Below are positions 10,860 to 22,835 of a stretch of 64,000 nucleotides of DNA, in pieces. This stretch comes from Amphiscolops sp. MND2022 (Eukaryota): contig OZ076413.1 in assembly GCA_964187785.1 (NCBI GenBank), positions 7,502,001 to 7,566,000 of the forward strand, given 5' to 3'. The position numbers were made by a program, and so were the translations under genes. Each line of letters opens with the position of its first letter. Within the stretch, counting starts at the first letter, position 1. The notes beneath the pieces were generated by a model. That model did not search any database, was not told the origin of the DNA, and saw nothing but the letters and a program-made list of their open reading frames with translations.

Positions 10860-11320
10860 GTAGGGTAATCAAGGCAATCTTTGCTCCATAACTCGTTATG
10901 GGGCACCGGGGTGCCACTTAGTATGAAGTCGAATGACAAACCTTTAGTCCAATTCAGGTAAGTTTTCCAAACATAAGAGATAACTAATAGGGCTAGAAGC
11001 GCAAAGATGCCAAAGTTGGAACCGGCAGGATACAGGCGAAGCTGTAGTACCAAAATTCTGCCCAAATTTTGAATTGGGGCATGGGGGTGCCACTTTGTTT
11101 AACAAAAAGTGGACCCTTTGCTAGGTAATTAATGATGAAATAGCTGAACTGCAGTTAAATAAAATGTCATCCAAACGCTTTCATAAGTAAATTCATTTGT
11201 ATGAATATCTAACTGAAGCGGTGGTAAGGTAATTCTGCCCGAAAATTCATTTGGGGCATAGGGGTGCCACTTTGTTTGTGGAAGAGTGGCCTCTTTCAAT
11301 GAAAGGTAAGTGAATTATGA
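10860..11320. repeat. Three degenerate tandem units of about 177 bp between JmjC and the end of pol
   Basis: GGGGCAnnGGGGTGCCACTT at 10900, 11076 and 11253; AATTCTGCCC upstream of units 2 and 3. Confidence 0.7.
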
Positions 11321-11322
11321 TG

Positions 11323-14300
11323 TCAGACACTAACGTATTTAACACCGGCAGTTGTCGCAGGGGTGGTAGCTGATTCAGAAATAATCGGCAGCTTTCGTAG
11401 TTTCACGACGGGTCGTATCAAAGTTGAGGAAGCGGTCTTGACTTTGCAGACTCGTGTGATGTCATCATTGCCAGAGTAAATCTCGATCACTCAGCCTGTT
11501 TTCCAGTGCAGTGGTGCTTCATTGTCTTCTGCTAGCAGCACCAAATCACCAACGTGGATTTCTGGGCCATTCACGAACCATTTTTTTCGTATTTGAAGCT
11601 CGGTCAAGTAATCTCTTTTCCAAGACTTCCAGAAATCTTCTTGAATCTTTTTGACTAGACGGAATCTTTGTACTGGATTGCTCTTTGAAGGTGCTCCTGA
11701 CGGCATTGACATTAGAGTGTCTCCAATGAGGAAATGGCCTGGAGTGAGGGCTAGTGGATCATTGGGATCATTTGAGAGAGGTGATATCGGCCTGGAGTTT
11801 AAGGCAGCTTCAACTTGATTGATGATTGTGAGAAATTCTTCATATGAAAAGATTTGTTTGCCAACCACTCTCCGCAAGTGTCGCTTCATGCTTTTCACTG
11901 CTGCTTCCCAAATTCCACCAAAATGTGGAGCTCGTGGTGGGATTGTGATCCATTCACAATTTCGTTGATTGACAAATGTTATCAATGAATTGTCACGATC
12001 AGTTTTGTCTAGTAGTACGTTGAGCTTGATCAGATCATTCCTTGCTCCCAAGAAGTTGGTTCCATTATCGCTAAGTATTTTAGCAGGCATTCCTCTGCGG
12101 GCAATGAAGCGATTCAGAGCCATTATGCAGTCATCTTTTGAGAGACTTGAGACTAACTCCATATGCACTGCTTTTGTACTCATACAAACGAAGATAGCTA
12201 TGTAGACTTTGTTCTCTGTTTCTCCATTCTTCACTAGGAAGTGTCCGGCAAAGTCAATTCCACAGTGTGTGAAAGGTCGTGAAGGGGTTACTCTCTCGGT
12301 TGGAAGATCGGCCATTAGTTGGACTGGAGGAGTTGTATTAAATCGAAAGCAAGTGATGCATTCTTTGATGAATTGATTGACTAATGGCTTGGCATTGACA
12401 ATCCAAAACTCTTGACGAATCAAATTGAGGGTTAGTTGCCCCCCTCCATGAAGCGACGCTTCATGAAAATGACGAATGATGAGTGGTACTAGTGATGAGT
12501 TCTTTGAGATTAATACTGGAAATTTCTTGTTTTCGCAATATGGGGATTGTCCGAGTCGACCTCCGACCCGAATAACATTGAATTCTTTGTCGAAGAACGG
12601 TGCGAGATTTTGTAGTGGGCTTTTTCGGTCCAATGGGCGATTTGATTGTAAAGTTATGTATTCCTTTGGAAGGTTCTGTAATTGGTCATGATGAAGTAGC
12701 AAGAATTTCGCCTTAGCAATGTTCACTGGATGAAGGGGTGAGTCGACTTTTGGAGTTTGCACGTGCTTTTTGAGCTTGTTCGCGAAGTGAATGACGTGTG
12801 CTGTCACGTGGAGTAATTTATTGTAATTACTGTATCGCTTGAAGTCGATGAAATTGGTATTTTCTTTGATTGCTGTGGTGGTTGTGAGGATTTGCGCATT
12901 GGTTCTCTGTTCGGGTACATCTCTGGTGACTTCAGGAAAGCTATTTGGCCATGATGTTTCAGCACCTGACAACCAATTAGGTCCTTGCCACCACAGTTCC
13001 GTCAGGACCAATTGTGAGGCAATGCATCCGCGTGAAGCTAGATCGGCAGGATTGTCTATGGAGGAGACGTGTTTCCAAGCTGATCGGGGAAGCACTGTTT
13101 GAATATGAGAAACTCTATTAGCAACAAAGGTTGACCATGTTTTTGGTAGTTGTGCTAACCATTGTAGCACGATGGTTGAGTCGGTCCATGCGTGAAGTGA
13201 GATGTCAGATTTGATGATTTCTAGAGTTGTCACCATTGTTGATGCAAGTTTGGCGGCTAATTCGGCACCACAAAGTTCGAGTCGTGGTAGTGAGACGGTT
13301 TTTACTGGAGCTACTCGTGTTTTCGATGAAAGTAGAGTGACGTTGACGTGTCCAATGTCATCTGTGATTCTGGAATATACGACTGCTGCGTACGCTTTCT
13401 CTGACGCATCAGAGAAGAAATGTAGTTGTAGGTTGGCAATTGTGTTCTTCATCACACATCGTGGGATCTTTAGTTGATTGAGTGCTGGAAGTTCTGAGCG
13501 CAGTTCTATCCAGAGCTGCTTGAGATCATCGGGAACCTCGTCGTCCCAATTGAGTCCTCTGACCCAAGTTTGTTGCATGAGAATTTTGAATTGAATGACT
13601 ATGGGTGCTAGCCAACCTAGTGGGTCAAATAGTTTTGACGTGGCTGAGAGCAAATTGCGCTTAGTTAGCTGTTGCGGTGGGTCGAATGAACTTTTGAAAA
13701 TAAATTCGTCAGAATTCGGTGTCCATTTGATTCCCAGAGCCTTCACTTTGAAATCTTCACTGAAGAGTTTCAATTCGTCGTTTTCAGTACGTAGATCCTT
13801 GTCGATGGACTTTAGGAGATCTTGACTGTTAGAAGACCACTTTCTGAGGGGGAACCCGTAGTGTAGGAGTTCTTGACGAAGATCTGTGAAGAGCTGGTGG
13901 GCTTCTTCAAGAGAGTTAGCTCCTCCAAGATAGTCATCAACAGAGAAGGAATGTTTGAGAGCTTTGGCCACATGAGGTTTTTGAGTTCGCTTTGCTATTT
14001 CGACGAGTGATCTTGTTGAGAGATGAGCTGCACATGATACACCGTAGATCACTCGCGTCAGACGAAAGTGCTTCAATGGTGATGATGATGTCTCTCTCCA
14101 CAAGAGTCTATGAAAATCTCTGTCTTCTTCTCTGAGTCCTACTTGTCGGTACATTTTTTCTACATCTCCTGTCAGTGCGATTTTGTAGAACCGAAATCGT
14201 GTGATGATGGCGAAGAGGTCATCTTGGACGACTGGTCCGACCATGAGAGCTTCATTGATCGAGATACCGTTGCTGGTTTTTGCTGACCCATCGAAGACTA

Positions 14301-16494
14301 CTCTCAACTTGGTTGTTGTTGAGTCTTCTTTAAAGACGCAGTGATGGGGTAAGTAGTAGCATTGATTCGCAGGACGTTGTATTTGGTGTTGCGGTACTTC
14401 CTCCATGTGATTCATATCAAGGAATTCTTGGATAAAGGCCTGATACCTTTTGCGTAGATCTGGTTTGGCATCAAGTCTTCTTTCCAGGTAGCTGAATCTC
14501 CTCTTGGCTTGCTCGAGACTGTCACCTAGCTCGACTGACTTCTTGAATGGAAGATTCACTACCAGGCGATCGTCGACGAATTTGGTTGTCTCTTCGTAGA
14601 GTTTTTCACATGCTGTTTCCTCGGGCGTCAAGTGTTTAGTTGTTGGTAATTCTTCCAATTCCCAAAATTTTTTGAGTTGGTCATCTAATGAGATGTGAAA
14701 GCTGTTGACTGGAATGGAACTCGATGATTGCTGCTGTGTACGGCCAGATACAACCCATCCAAACAGTGTGTTGCGAGCGAATAGATCTTTTGTGATAGTC
14801 CTTTTTTCTTGTCCGACGATTTGTTCGTAGACATCCGCTCCTAGTATCATGTCTACCTCACCAGGGCGTGTGAAGTTGGGATCTGCCCAAGTGATGTGCT
14901 TCATGCTAGTGAGGATTCGGTTGGTTGCTGGATAGCTTGGCAGCTGGTTTGCAACACGATCTAGTACAATAGCTGTTGTGGAAATTGTCTGATGATTTGG
15001 CGGAGTGAGTTGAATTGACACAATTGATCCTGACTTTGCTGTTAGATTTCCACCAATACCTGTGACACTGACACTTGCTTGTCGTGATTTCAACCCCAAG
15101 CGGTCGCGGCTCTTTTTTGTAATGCAGCTGATCTGGGAACCACTATCTAGGAGTGCACGAAGTGATGCGACCTTGCCAGAGTTTGTTTTGATTTGTACCA
15201 TTGCTGTTGGCAACAGAGTGAGGTCACATGAAGTGGCACCCCCATGCCCCAGAAATGATTGCGAGCTTGCTTGGTGGCTAGACGGCATCGTAGGGCGGTG
15301 GAGCAGCGTATTGTGCCGTTTTTTGCATGTGCGGCAAGTAGATTTGGACTTACACTCTTTAATAGAGTGCCCGGACCTCAGACAATTGAAGCACAAATTT
15401 TTTAATTTGACAAAGTCAACCTTTTCTTCTATTGAAAGGTCTTTGAACTGCTCACAGCTGTAAATGGCATGCGCTCCGCTGCATTTTGGACAGTCGAGAA
15501 TAGTATTTTCGCGCGAGTGATAACTTTGTAATTCTCTTTTACTTTTGTCTTGTTTGGTTGCTGCTGGTGAATTTGAGAAGTCGAGGGCTCGTGCTCTTTC
15601 TTCCAAAAACTTTGTCAACTCTTTCATTGTCTGTGGCTCGTCGCTTGTGTTGCTGAGTTCCCATTGTCTGCGTGTTTCAGGGTCTAACTTTTCTGAGATT
15701 ATATAAACCCAAAAATAGTCACATTCACTAGAGTCTTGACCCAGAGCTAACAATGCCCAAGAATTTTCAAGAAAAACAGTAGCTAACTTTCTCAATTGAT
15801 CTGATGACTCACGTTGTAGGGGCGGATACTTGATTATAGCTTCCAAGTGTGTGCGGATAATCATCCTCTTGTTTGCATAACGCTCTTTTAGAAGATCCTT
15901 GGCGACTTCATAGTTAGCGGTTGTTGCTGGTAAGTGAGCAAGTAATCTTGCAGGCTGATCTTTGAGTGATGTTTTCAAGTACTGGAGCTTTTGAATATCA
16001 CTCAGGGATTTGTTGGCATCCACAGTTTCCATGAAAAGATCAAAGAAAGGAAGCCATTCACTGTATTTTCCAGAGAAAGTTGGTAATGATAATTTAGGAA
16101 GCTTGAGGGCGTGTCTATACTCTGGTGCAGGTGGTGCTGTTGGTTCTGCAGCATCCTCAGTTGTTTCCGGCCTGGCGGCTGCGGCGTCGATGACGAATTG
16201 CAACGCATCGATGATTGTACAGATTTTTAGATCATTTTCATCTACTCGATTTCTTTCCTCTTGAAATGCATCTTCCTCTACTTCTGCTGCTATCATTGCT
16301 TCGTTAATTTGTTGATTCAACGTTTCTAGTTTTGTTTGTTGTTCCTTGCATTTTGTTAAACTGCATCGTAATGTAGCTAACTCTAGAGTTGTAAGTAACG
16401 ATGGATCTTTTTCCAAGATCTGCCTCGTTTTGTTTTCGACACAGGTAATTGTACCGATGTGTCCTGCCCTTGTTCGTCGTAATGCTTCTGTCAT
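11323..16494 (-). pseudogene. BEL/Pao gag-pol polyprotein (gag, protease, RT, RNase H, integrase) with a premature stop at 11491-11493
   Basis: LPKLSLPTFSG (DUF1759-type gag), three Cys/His knuckles, LLDSGSQ protease, YYLPHH and SVDD (RT), FSDASEKAY (RNase H), H..H..CxxC plus DFAG/DNG/E integrase. The frame continues past TGA as VIEIYSGNDDITRVCKVKT...RPVVKLRKLP to TGA at 11323. Confidence 0.95.
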
Positions 16495-16529
16495 GTTTCT
16501 GTTCCCGGGTCGATCGCGGCACCAATAAA

Positions 16530-16757
16530 TGTTTACTAATTGAGCTTTGAATGAATCTCAGTTTTCTATTGAGTTGAAGAGAGGAAGAGGGAAAGAATCA
16601 ACTTTCTAATGAGAGTTTAACAAAAGTGTGAATGAAATTGAATGGAAAAGCAAATGTTTAGAGAAGTTACACGTGAATGAATATGATTGGTTGAAACATT
16701 CAGATTGCTGTTAAAGTGACATGCGAGCTTCGAATTTTTCTTCTTTAGATCTGAACA
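16530..16757 (-). repeat. 5' LTR of the BEL/Pao element
   Basis: Direct repeat of 9416-9643; followed on the minus strand by a PBS and the gag ATG. Confidence 0.95.
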
Positions 16758-17505
16758 GTAACTTTTTCGAACATTTTCAATCCAAAAAAATTCTGGCTTT
16801 CAACTTGACGTTTTGTCAGAAAAATGTCCCATAAACTCCTCTGCGAAATAAACAGATCGGTAGAAAGAATACCAAGGTTTCAATCAAAAAATTTTGGTGT
16901 TTGAGAATATTAGGAACTTTAGCAGAAAGAAATAGCTCCTTAGCTGAGTTGGAGGACTTCAACGCTTTTCTACCCCTGATCGGAGCACGCCAATTTGGAT
17001 GATTCCCGGCTGGTATTGGCAAAAACACAATCGACAGGTTTTCGAGCAACAGAACTGTTTGGAAAAAAGGCCCCTACTGGGCACAGTATTATCTCTGCTT
17101 TCATCTTCAATAATAGAAGCATATCTTATTCATTTAAATAGGGCACAATTAATCACTCTACCAGTTTACACCGCCTTTAATTTTTCTCGGACTAAAGGAA
17201 ATATAACTACTAAGCGTAGACGAAATTTTCCATAAGCAATTGAATGCAGGCGAAGCTCTCGGCGAACGGATAATCAGTACTCGTTCCCTTCATCCCAATA
17301 ACTTGGCGTACGAATGCATAATTACCACTCGCTCGTTATATCGCACGAGAAACGAATTGTCGGCAGCTTGAGAAATTTAAATCTCACGCTTACAGTCACT
17401 GCCGAACAAAATATCTAAAATTTTTTTAGTATCACGACAAAAATTCTACTGAAAAAACCTGCTATCGCAGAAATAATAACACAGAGGCGAAGCGGTGCTT
17501 CGCAA

Positions 17506-17766
17506 CACATGACGAAGACATCGATTATCTAAATATGCGTATATATATTATTTTAATCGCATGCGTATATATTCAACAGTTCAACTTTGTTCAGTAACGT
17601 CCCTATGGCACAGTGGTCAACACTTATGCCGTGCAATCGGGAGGCTGCAGGTTCGAATCTTTCTGGGGTTTTGGGTTTTTTCTAAATGGCGCTCATTATG
17701 AAGTTGGCTATTGTGGAAAAAAAACTTACTTAGCTGGACTGCAATGCACATTGACTTCGTCATGTG
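17506..17766. mobile_element. CAC...GTG TIR element with an internal tRNA-like segment (second copy 50663-50922)
   Basis: TIR CACATGACGAAG / CTTCGTCATGTG with CAA on both flanks; A-box TGGCACAGTGG and B-box GGTTCGAATC at about 17599-17670; nearly identical copy at 50663-50922 including the left flank. Confidence 0.7.
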
Positions 17767-17779
17767 CAATAAGTCACAC

Positions 17780-20700
17780 CTCTGATTCATAGCCTTAATA
17801 TCGTCAATGGTCCGTTTCAATGCGTCTGTATCAACCTGAACACACCCAGTGTAGGCATAATTCACGATGCTTTGAATAGAACGGGAATCAATTCTATTGA
17901 ATGCGACTTGCAATAAAGATCGCCCATCGATTTCAGTCTCAGCCAGTGTCCCTTCGACGCCATCATTCAATTTGGACTCCCCAAACGTGGACGTCTGTGA
18001 GAAAATGCCTTCAAAAAACGAACTCGCTGCACGCAACACGTTCTTATGACAACGCCGATCTGTCCAAACTAAACCTGCGTTATATGGAAAGGGTTGTGAC
18101 ATCTAAAATCTACAACTTAGCGCAGAAGTAATCGCGAATAAAAATTTGGATACTCAATAAACGGCAACCAAAATGAAATAACAGCAAAACCATCGTTCAA
18201 AGGTTCACAAAAATACAAATCAATTCTGGCACTTTCTCAATTGACGTACTCGTTGCTCGTTAAAATGTCTTTGAATATTGTATGCTTCGAAGCTAAATTC
18301 AGGGGCTCTTTTATGTCCAAACCATCAGAATTTTTGTCCATAACATGAGAGTCGATTCTATCCGAGGTTTTTGTTTGAACAAAACATTTTTACCACAAAT
18401 GACTGTGAATATGCTGAAAATTAAGTTTTTTGTGACTCAAAACAGGACGTTGGTGAGTTTTCAACAAAAATGCGTGACTTCGTAAGGAAAAATAGCGTGA
18501 ACAAAGTTTGTATCGAATTCAAGACTGTCATCCTGAGGATATATAGAAAAGTGAAGCTTTCTAATTTAGTTCCACGTTTTTATTTCAATATTTTCAAAAA
18601 AAGCCGAAAACTTTACGTGGTGGAGGGAACAGAAATTTTATATTGATTTTATAGTGAATTTTATACTGATTTTATAGTGAACAGAATTTTATAGTGAACT
18701 CTTCACTGACAATCCTTTTACTACTTGTTGTTATAGAATTGAATATTTCAATTGGACTTTGAATTCATTCTTCAATTGAATTAATTTCTCCGTTTCGTCT
18801 AATTGTACGTTATGAAGTTCTTTTGTACTGTTTTCAGTGTTTATGTTTATTCCCAGTCGTTGCATCCAATCAAGGATCTTTTCTGTTAACTCCCCCCCCA
18901 CAGTAAGCGCATAAATTTTAATTCCCCACCACTATCAGCGATGAGTTTCAGTTGCAGTTAGAGTTATAAAATACTGCAATTTGATTGGTTGTTACTATTA
19001 ATTCAGTGATAATTTCACTTGACCGCTTAACTGGGGGGAATTAAATTGGTGGGGGGAATTAACAGAAAAGATCCCCAATCAATTCCCATTATTGGTGATG
19101 TTTCTGCAATTGTTATCAATACCGGTAGTAGTTTCGTCTCGGTTCGTTTTTACCGTGTCTAGTGTCTGTCCAATGAATTCGATTTTGTGGTTGTTTACAT
19201 CTTTCTAAGTTTCTTTATTGGTTCGAATTCAGTTATCGTTGAACAAACAGTTTGAAATTATAGTGACTGGTGACAGGGCTGGGAAAATAGTAAGCTATTG
19301 AAAAACAATATACAATTAATAGACATGATATATTTTACAACGTATTGAGATATAGATTATCTTACTTCACGTCCAAAGATAAACAGATAAGATTATCTAT
19401 TTACCAAATACGCGATCGACTAACGATTCATCATAAATCCCTGCCTAATAAATGTGTAATTTCACTTGCATTCTAGCACGTTATTGTTTGATTGTTTCAC
19501 GTTTATACATTACTTTAAACAAATGCCTATGCCTGTTTCATCGAAAGAAATCACTTCAATTTATCTCAAGTAGGAGGTTGCCAGTTCTGACTATTTTTGT
19601 GTTTGTGGTGTTAAACGAAAAGAGAAATCTTCCGGGTACAAAAATTTAATGTCTCATAAGAAAACATCTATTATCTTGATTCTAAAAACTCAGGGAAGTC
19701 TGGTGTCAGAATCTAAAGATTTTGCAGGATCGCCAATAGGAGCAAAAAGGGGAAAGAGACCAGGAGTCTTCCGTGAGTCGCTGCTACTTCGGACATGGCC
19801 GAGCGTCTTTTTAGCAGAGTTTCGCATGTATTTGGAACCTTGGAACCTTCTAAGCTTGAAGATTGTAACGAGAAACGTTGAACCATGAATGATGTCAATT
19901 TTGTTGTCAATAAACATGTAATTGATAAAGAAGATTGAATTTTCTGTTTCCATACCGTTTTCTGAGATGGAACAATATTTCGATACTTTAAATTATCCAT
20001 TTTCTCGGGTAAAAATATTAGATTATTCATTTTTCGGTTCAACATTATCGCAATACAATATTACACAGCCCTGACTGGTCATCCGCTGTCTATAATCAAT
20101 GCGAAAGGTACTTCGCTAACCAATAGCGTCACGTTCTAGAATTCTTTCTTTGGTTTGTTGCTGTTTATCTTCTGAAATTTGTTGTAATCCCAATTATCTT
20201 TTCCTGCTGATGATCTCTTTCTTTCGATCTGAACATCTTTACGTAGTTCCCTCTTATTTTACACTGTCTCCATTCTGCGTACTTTGGTGGGCAGATATGT
20301 TGTCTTGACCAGTTTGTTACCCCACACTTTGCGCAACGGTTCTCCCTATAGCTAGTTTTTTTGATTGTTCATTTTTTCCTCGGTCTTTCATGACAAGATT
20401 TTTCCGACCACTTTCTTTTGTGCCGTCGTTCTTGTACGTGTTGTATTCCTTTGCCGTCGTTGGAACTGTTGGAATCGTTGAGTGGATCGTACATATACTC
20501 ATGTATTAGTTATGTGATAGTTTCGATAGTCAGGTTGCTCGTCCGTATCTTTTTCATTTTTCTTTAGTTCGTAATCGCCGGTTGATCTTTCCATTAAGGA
20601 CAAAAATTTGGATGCTATAAAATCTGCTGTGGTGACGTTTCAAACTCGCAATTCTTTCCTACTTGTAGTAATCCTGTTCAAACGTCTTCAGCAGTTTTCT

Positions 20701-21634
20701 TTTTCCCTCGGGTTATTTCAAAGAAATCTGCACGACTGTGGATTTTTTTTCGTTCGGATATGAAATGTAACCGGAACATCGAATATAAGTGATTATGTTC
20801 CTTTAATTGGGATCGTTGTCTCTAACGGTCTTGGTCATGTCTATTCCCCCAATGCCTAAATAAATAAGTGTTTCATCCGGTTTTCCAAATCGTCACGATA
20901 TTACTGCAGTATTTCCCGGTCTGTTGTCAGTTCGTTCAAGTCGACGTTTTGTGTATTTCAAAATACTGTGTAAATCTTCACCACTATAATTTGGCTTCTT
21001 GTATCCCTCTTTTGTCAAATGTTGAGAGAGTAAAGTTTTGGTGGGGTTTCTCGTTTTTTTTTTTAAGTTTCCGCTTTGTGAGTTCTCTCCATTTGAGGAA
21101 CTTGTACTATCAGATGTTTTAGTATTATCTATCTTCTTGTCTGACTGCGCCATGTTGTATTCTCATGAATCAAGTTTCAAAAAAATATGCTTGTAAAAAG
21201 GTATTCTTTCGTGTACCTAATCTCAACGTATAATGACTATTCACGAATGTACAAGCTTTTATTTTACCAAAATGGCTGACAGGTACTTTGCCACTTATAT
21301 GACCTATAATGGTTTGAACTTGATAACAGTGACCAGTCACAGTCTTGTTCTTTGGTTTTTAACGGTAAATACGGTAAAATGATACGTTCCAGTTTCATTC
21401 AAATAACTCGTGATGGAAAAACTCCAATAAATTTTGAACGAAACAAACAAACTCAAACGAACAAGTCTCCTCAATCCCGAATATGAGTAACGATGTCAAA
21501 CCCTGGTCTGGCGAAGGGATGGTTGAGTTGGCACCCTGGTGGTCTGCGGATCGGAGAATGACGTCACAGCCTATTCCTTTGAGGAACTGATCGTGCAGTC
21601 GATCCAAGATCTTCTCAGCATGTGATTGAGTCAT
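17780..21634 (-). CDS. BTB/POZ domain gene fragment (exons 21634-21535 and 18074-17780)
   Basis: MTQSHAEKILDRLHDQFLKGIGCDVILRSADHQ joins in phase 1 to GLVWTDRRCHKNVLRAASSFFEGIF...IDSRSIQSIVNYAYTGCVQV, giving a contiguous BTB consensus. The donor GTGCC is weak and later exons were not found. Confidence 0.65.
18875..19075. mobile_element. Merlin-like MITE (second copy about 25346-25550)
   Basis: TIR GGATCTTTTCTGTTAA / TTAACAGAAAAGATCC; 8-bp flanks CCAATCAA in this copy. Confidence 0.75.
19274..20073 (+). mobile_element. Internally deleted hAT element with a remnant of the C-terminal dimerisation domain
   Basis: TIRs CAGGGCTG / CAGCCCTG; flanks ACTGGTGA / ACTGGTCA; plus-strand SVAATSDMAERLFSRV resembles the hAT PATSxxxERLFS motif. 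Confidence 0.75.
20310..21153 (-). pseudogene. Decayed ORF, possibly the SGNH/esterase-like ORF of a retroelement
   Basis: Broken frames RPGNTAVIS*...LIYLGIGGIDMTK and CTIHSTIPTV loosely recall GDSL/SGNH blocks; many stops. Confidence 0.25.
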
Positions 21635-22759
21635 CCTCAAACCAAGACAGACTTCTGCTTCAAAACCTTGAAAAAACTGCCGGAGTTATTCAGGACTGTT
21701 TCTCGAGGAAGTGATAACAAGTGCAACAGTTTAGCTTGACAGAGACAACAAATCCTCAAATCTTTATCAAAAAAACTTGATTGCGCCGCCTATATTTTGG
21801 AAATTAGACCATTTGTTGAAATTTTGTGACGATGTTTCTCAAAGTGGTCGCATGTTTTAGTGTCTGTCAACAGCACTATATTATTCGTTTAGGTTTCTCG
21901 AATCTCATTGAAAAAATTACTTGAATCAATCGATTAATAATCTAAGCCGTCTTTTCAACCGAAATGTTTAACCGATACTCAATATGGACATCACTATATA
22001 TCGCAGAAAAGCTTGATTTGACATCATTTTTTCCACATAGAGGCGAAGCCGTGCTTCGCAAACACTTGCGAAGAAAGTTGCGAACTACAGCAACCACTAA
22101 TTCGGTTAATAAGTCTAGACGGTTTCCTCAAACTTTGGGGCTGTAGTGTAATGGTCACCACGTCAGGCCGCGACTTTATAATTTTACAGCGCCAAAAAAC
22201 ACCCGAAGGGAACGCATACAACTCGAAAACCATTTTCTCCAACTGGAAACGGCGAAAAACCCATCTTTCTCGACCGAAAACCTTTGAAAAAACAAAGGTG
22301 AAAAAATCTTTTTTCGAAATTTTTTGAAGGTCTCCGGTAAGTCGCATTGTTCCGAAAACCCTGAGAAGTCCCTTATGCTCGTCAAACGTTTAAACGTTTC
22401 GTTTCTAGTAAAAACTGAGGGGGGCTTCGATGAAAACAAATTAGAAAAAAAGCGCATAGAAAAACGACGATCTTTTTAAAAAAACAATGCTGATATAGCG
22501 TGCTCGGCTTGAAAAAACCCAAGTTTAAGACAAAAAATATTCATTTTGAAAAATCTCACAGCACCGAAAAGTGTAAAACGGGGCCTTTTGAGATTTTTCA
22601 ACATCCATTCTAGTGCAAAATATCAAAAAAAAACAGAAGGGGGACCCTTTGGGGACGTTTTTTGAAAAAGTCTCACAGAGCCGAAAGGGGAGGGAAGTCT
22701 CATAGTGCCGAAAAAAAGGAAACCTGCTTCGGATTGCTAGAAAAAAATTAACGCATACA

Positions 22760-22835
22760 CACTGGTTCGAACACGAACCCTCTGGGTTGAAAATCAACCA
22801 TCTTACCACTAGACCACGAACGCCTGAACTGTGCG
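22760..22835 (-). other. tRNA-Glu-like degenerate sequence inside an AAAGGGGGACCC-type dispersed repeat
   Basis: GTGGTCTAGTGG A-box, TTTTCA loop and GTTCGAACC B-box; the T-arm does not pair properly. Confidence 0.45.

Larger units (their letters stand above)
9416..16757 (-). mobile_element. Full-length BEL/Pao LTR retrotransposon carrying an extra antisense JmjC gene
   Basis: Two 228-bp TG...CA LTRs (9416-9643, 16530-16757) differing at 3 positions; 5-bp TSD GTAAC (9411-9415, 16758-16762); PBS TGGTGCCGCGA after the 5' LTR; CAAGGCCGCCGGAA before the 3' LTR; single gag-pol ORF. Confidence 0.97.

Noticed and set aside
11491-11493. Programmed stop-codon readthrough in pol
   Set aside because: The position corresponds to the conserved Arg in W..GR(I/V), so a CpG transition is simpler.
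7340-17780. Splicing of the BTB exons onto the BACK-Kelch part of the 727-aa ORF across the BEL insertion
   Set aside because: The best BTB donor (17780) is phase 2 whereas the best acceptor (CCTACGCAG near 7355) is phase 1; not supportable without RNA data.
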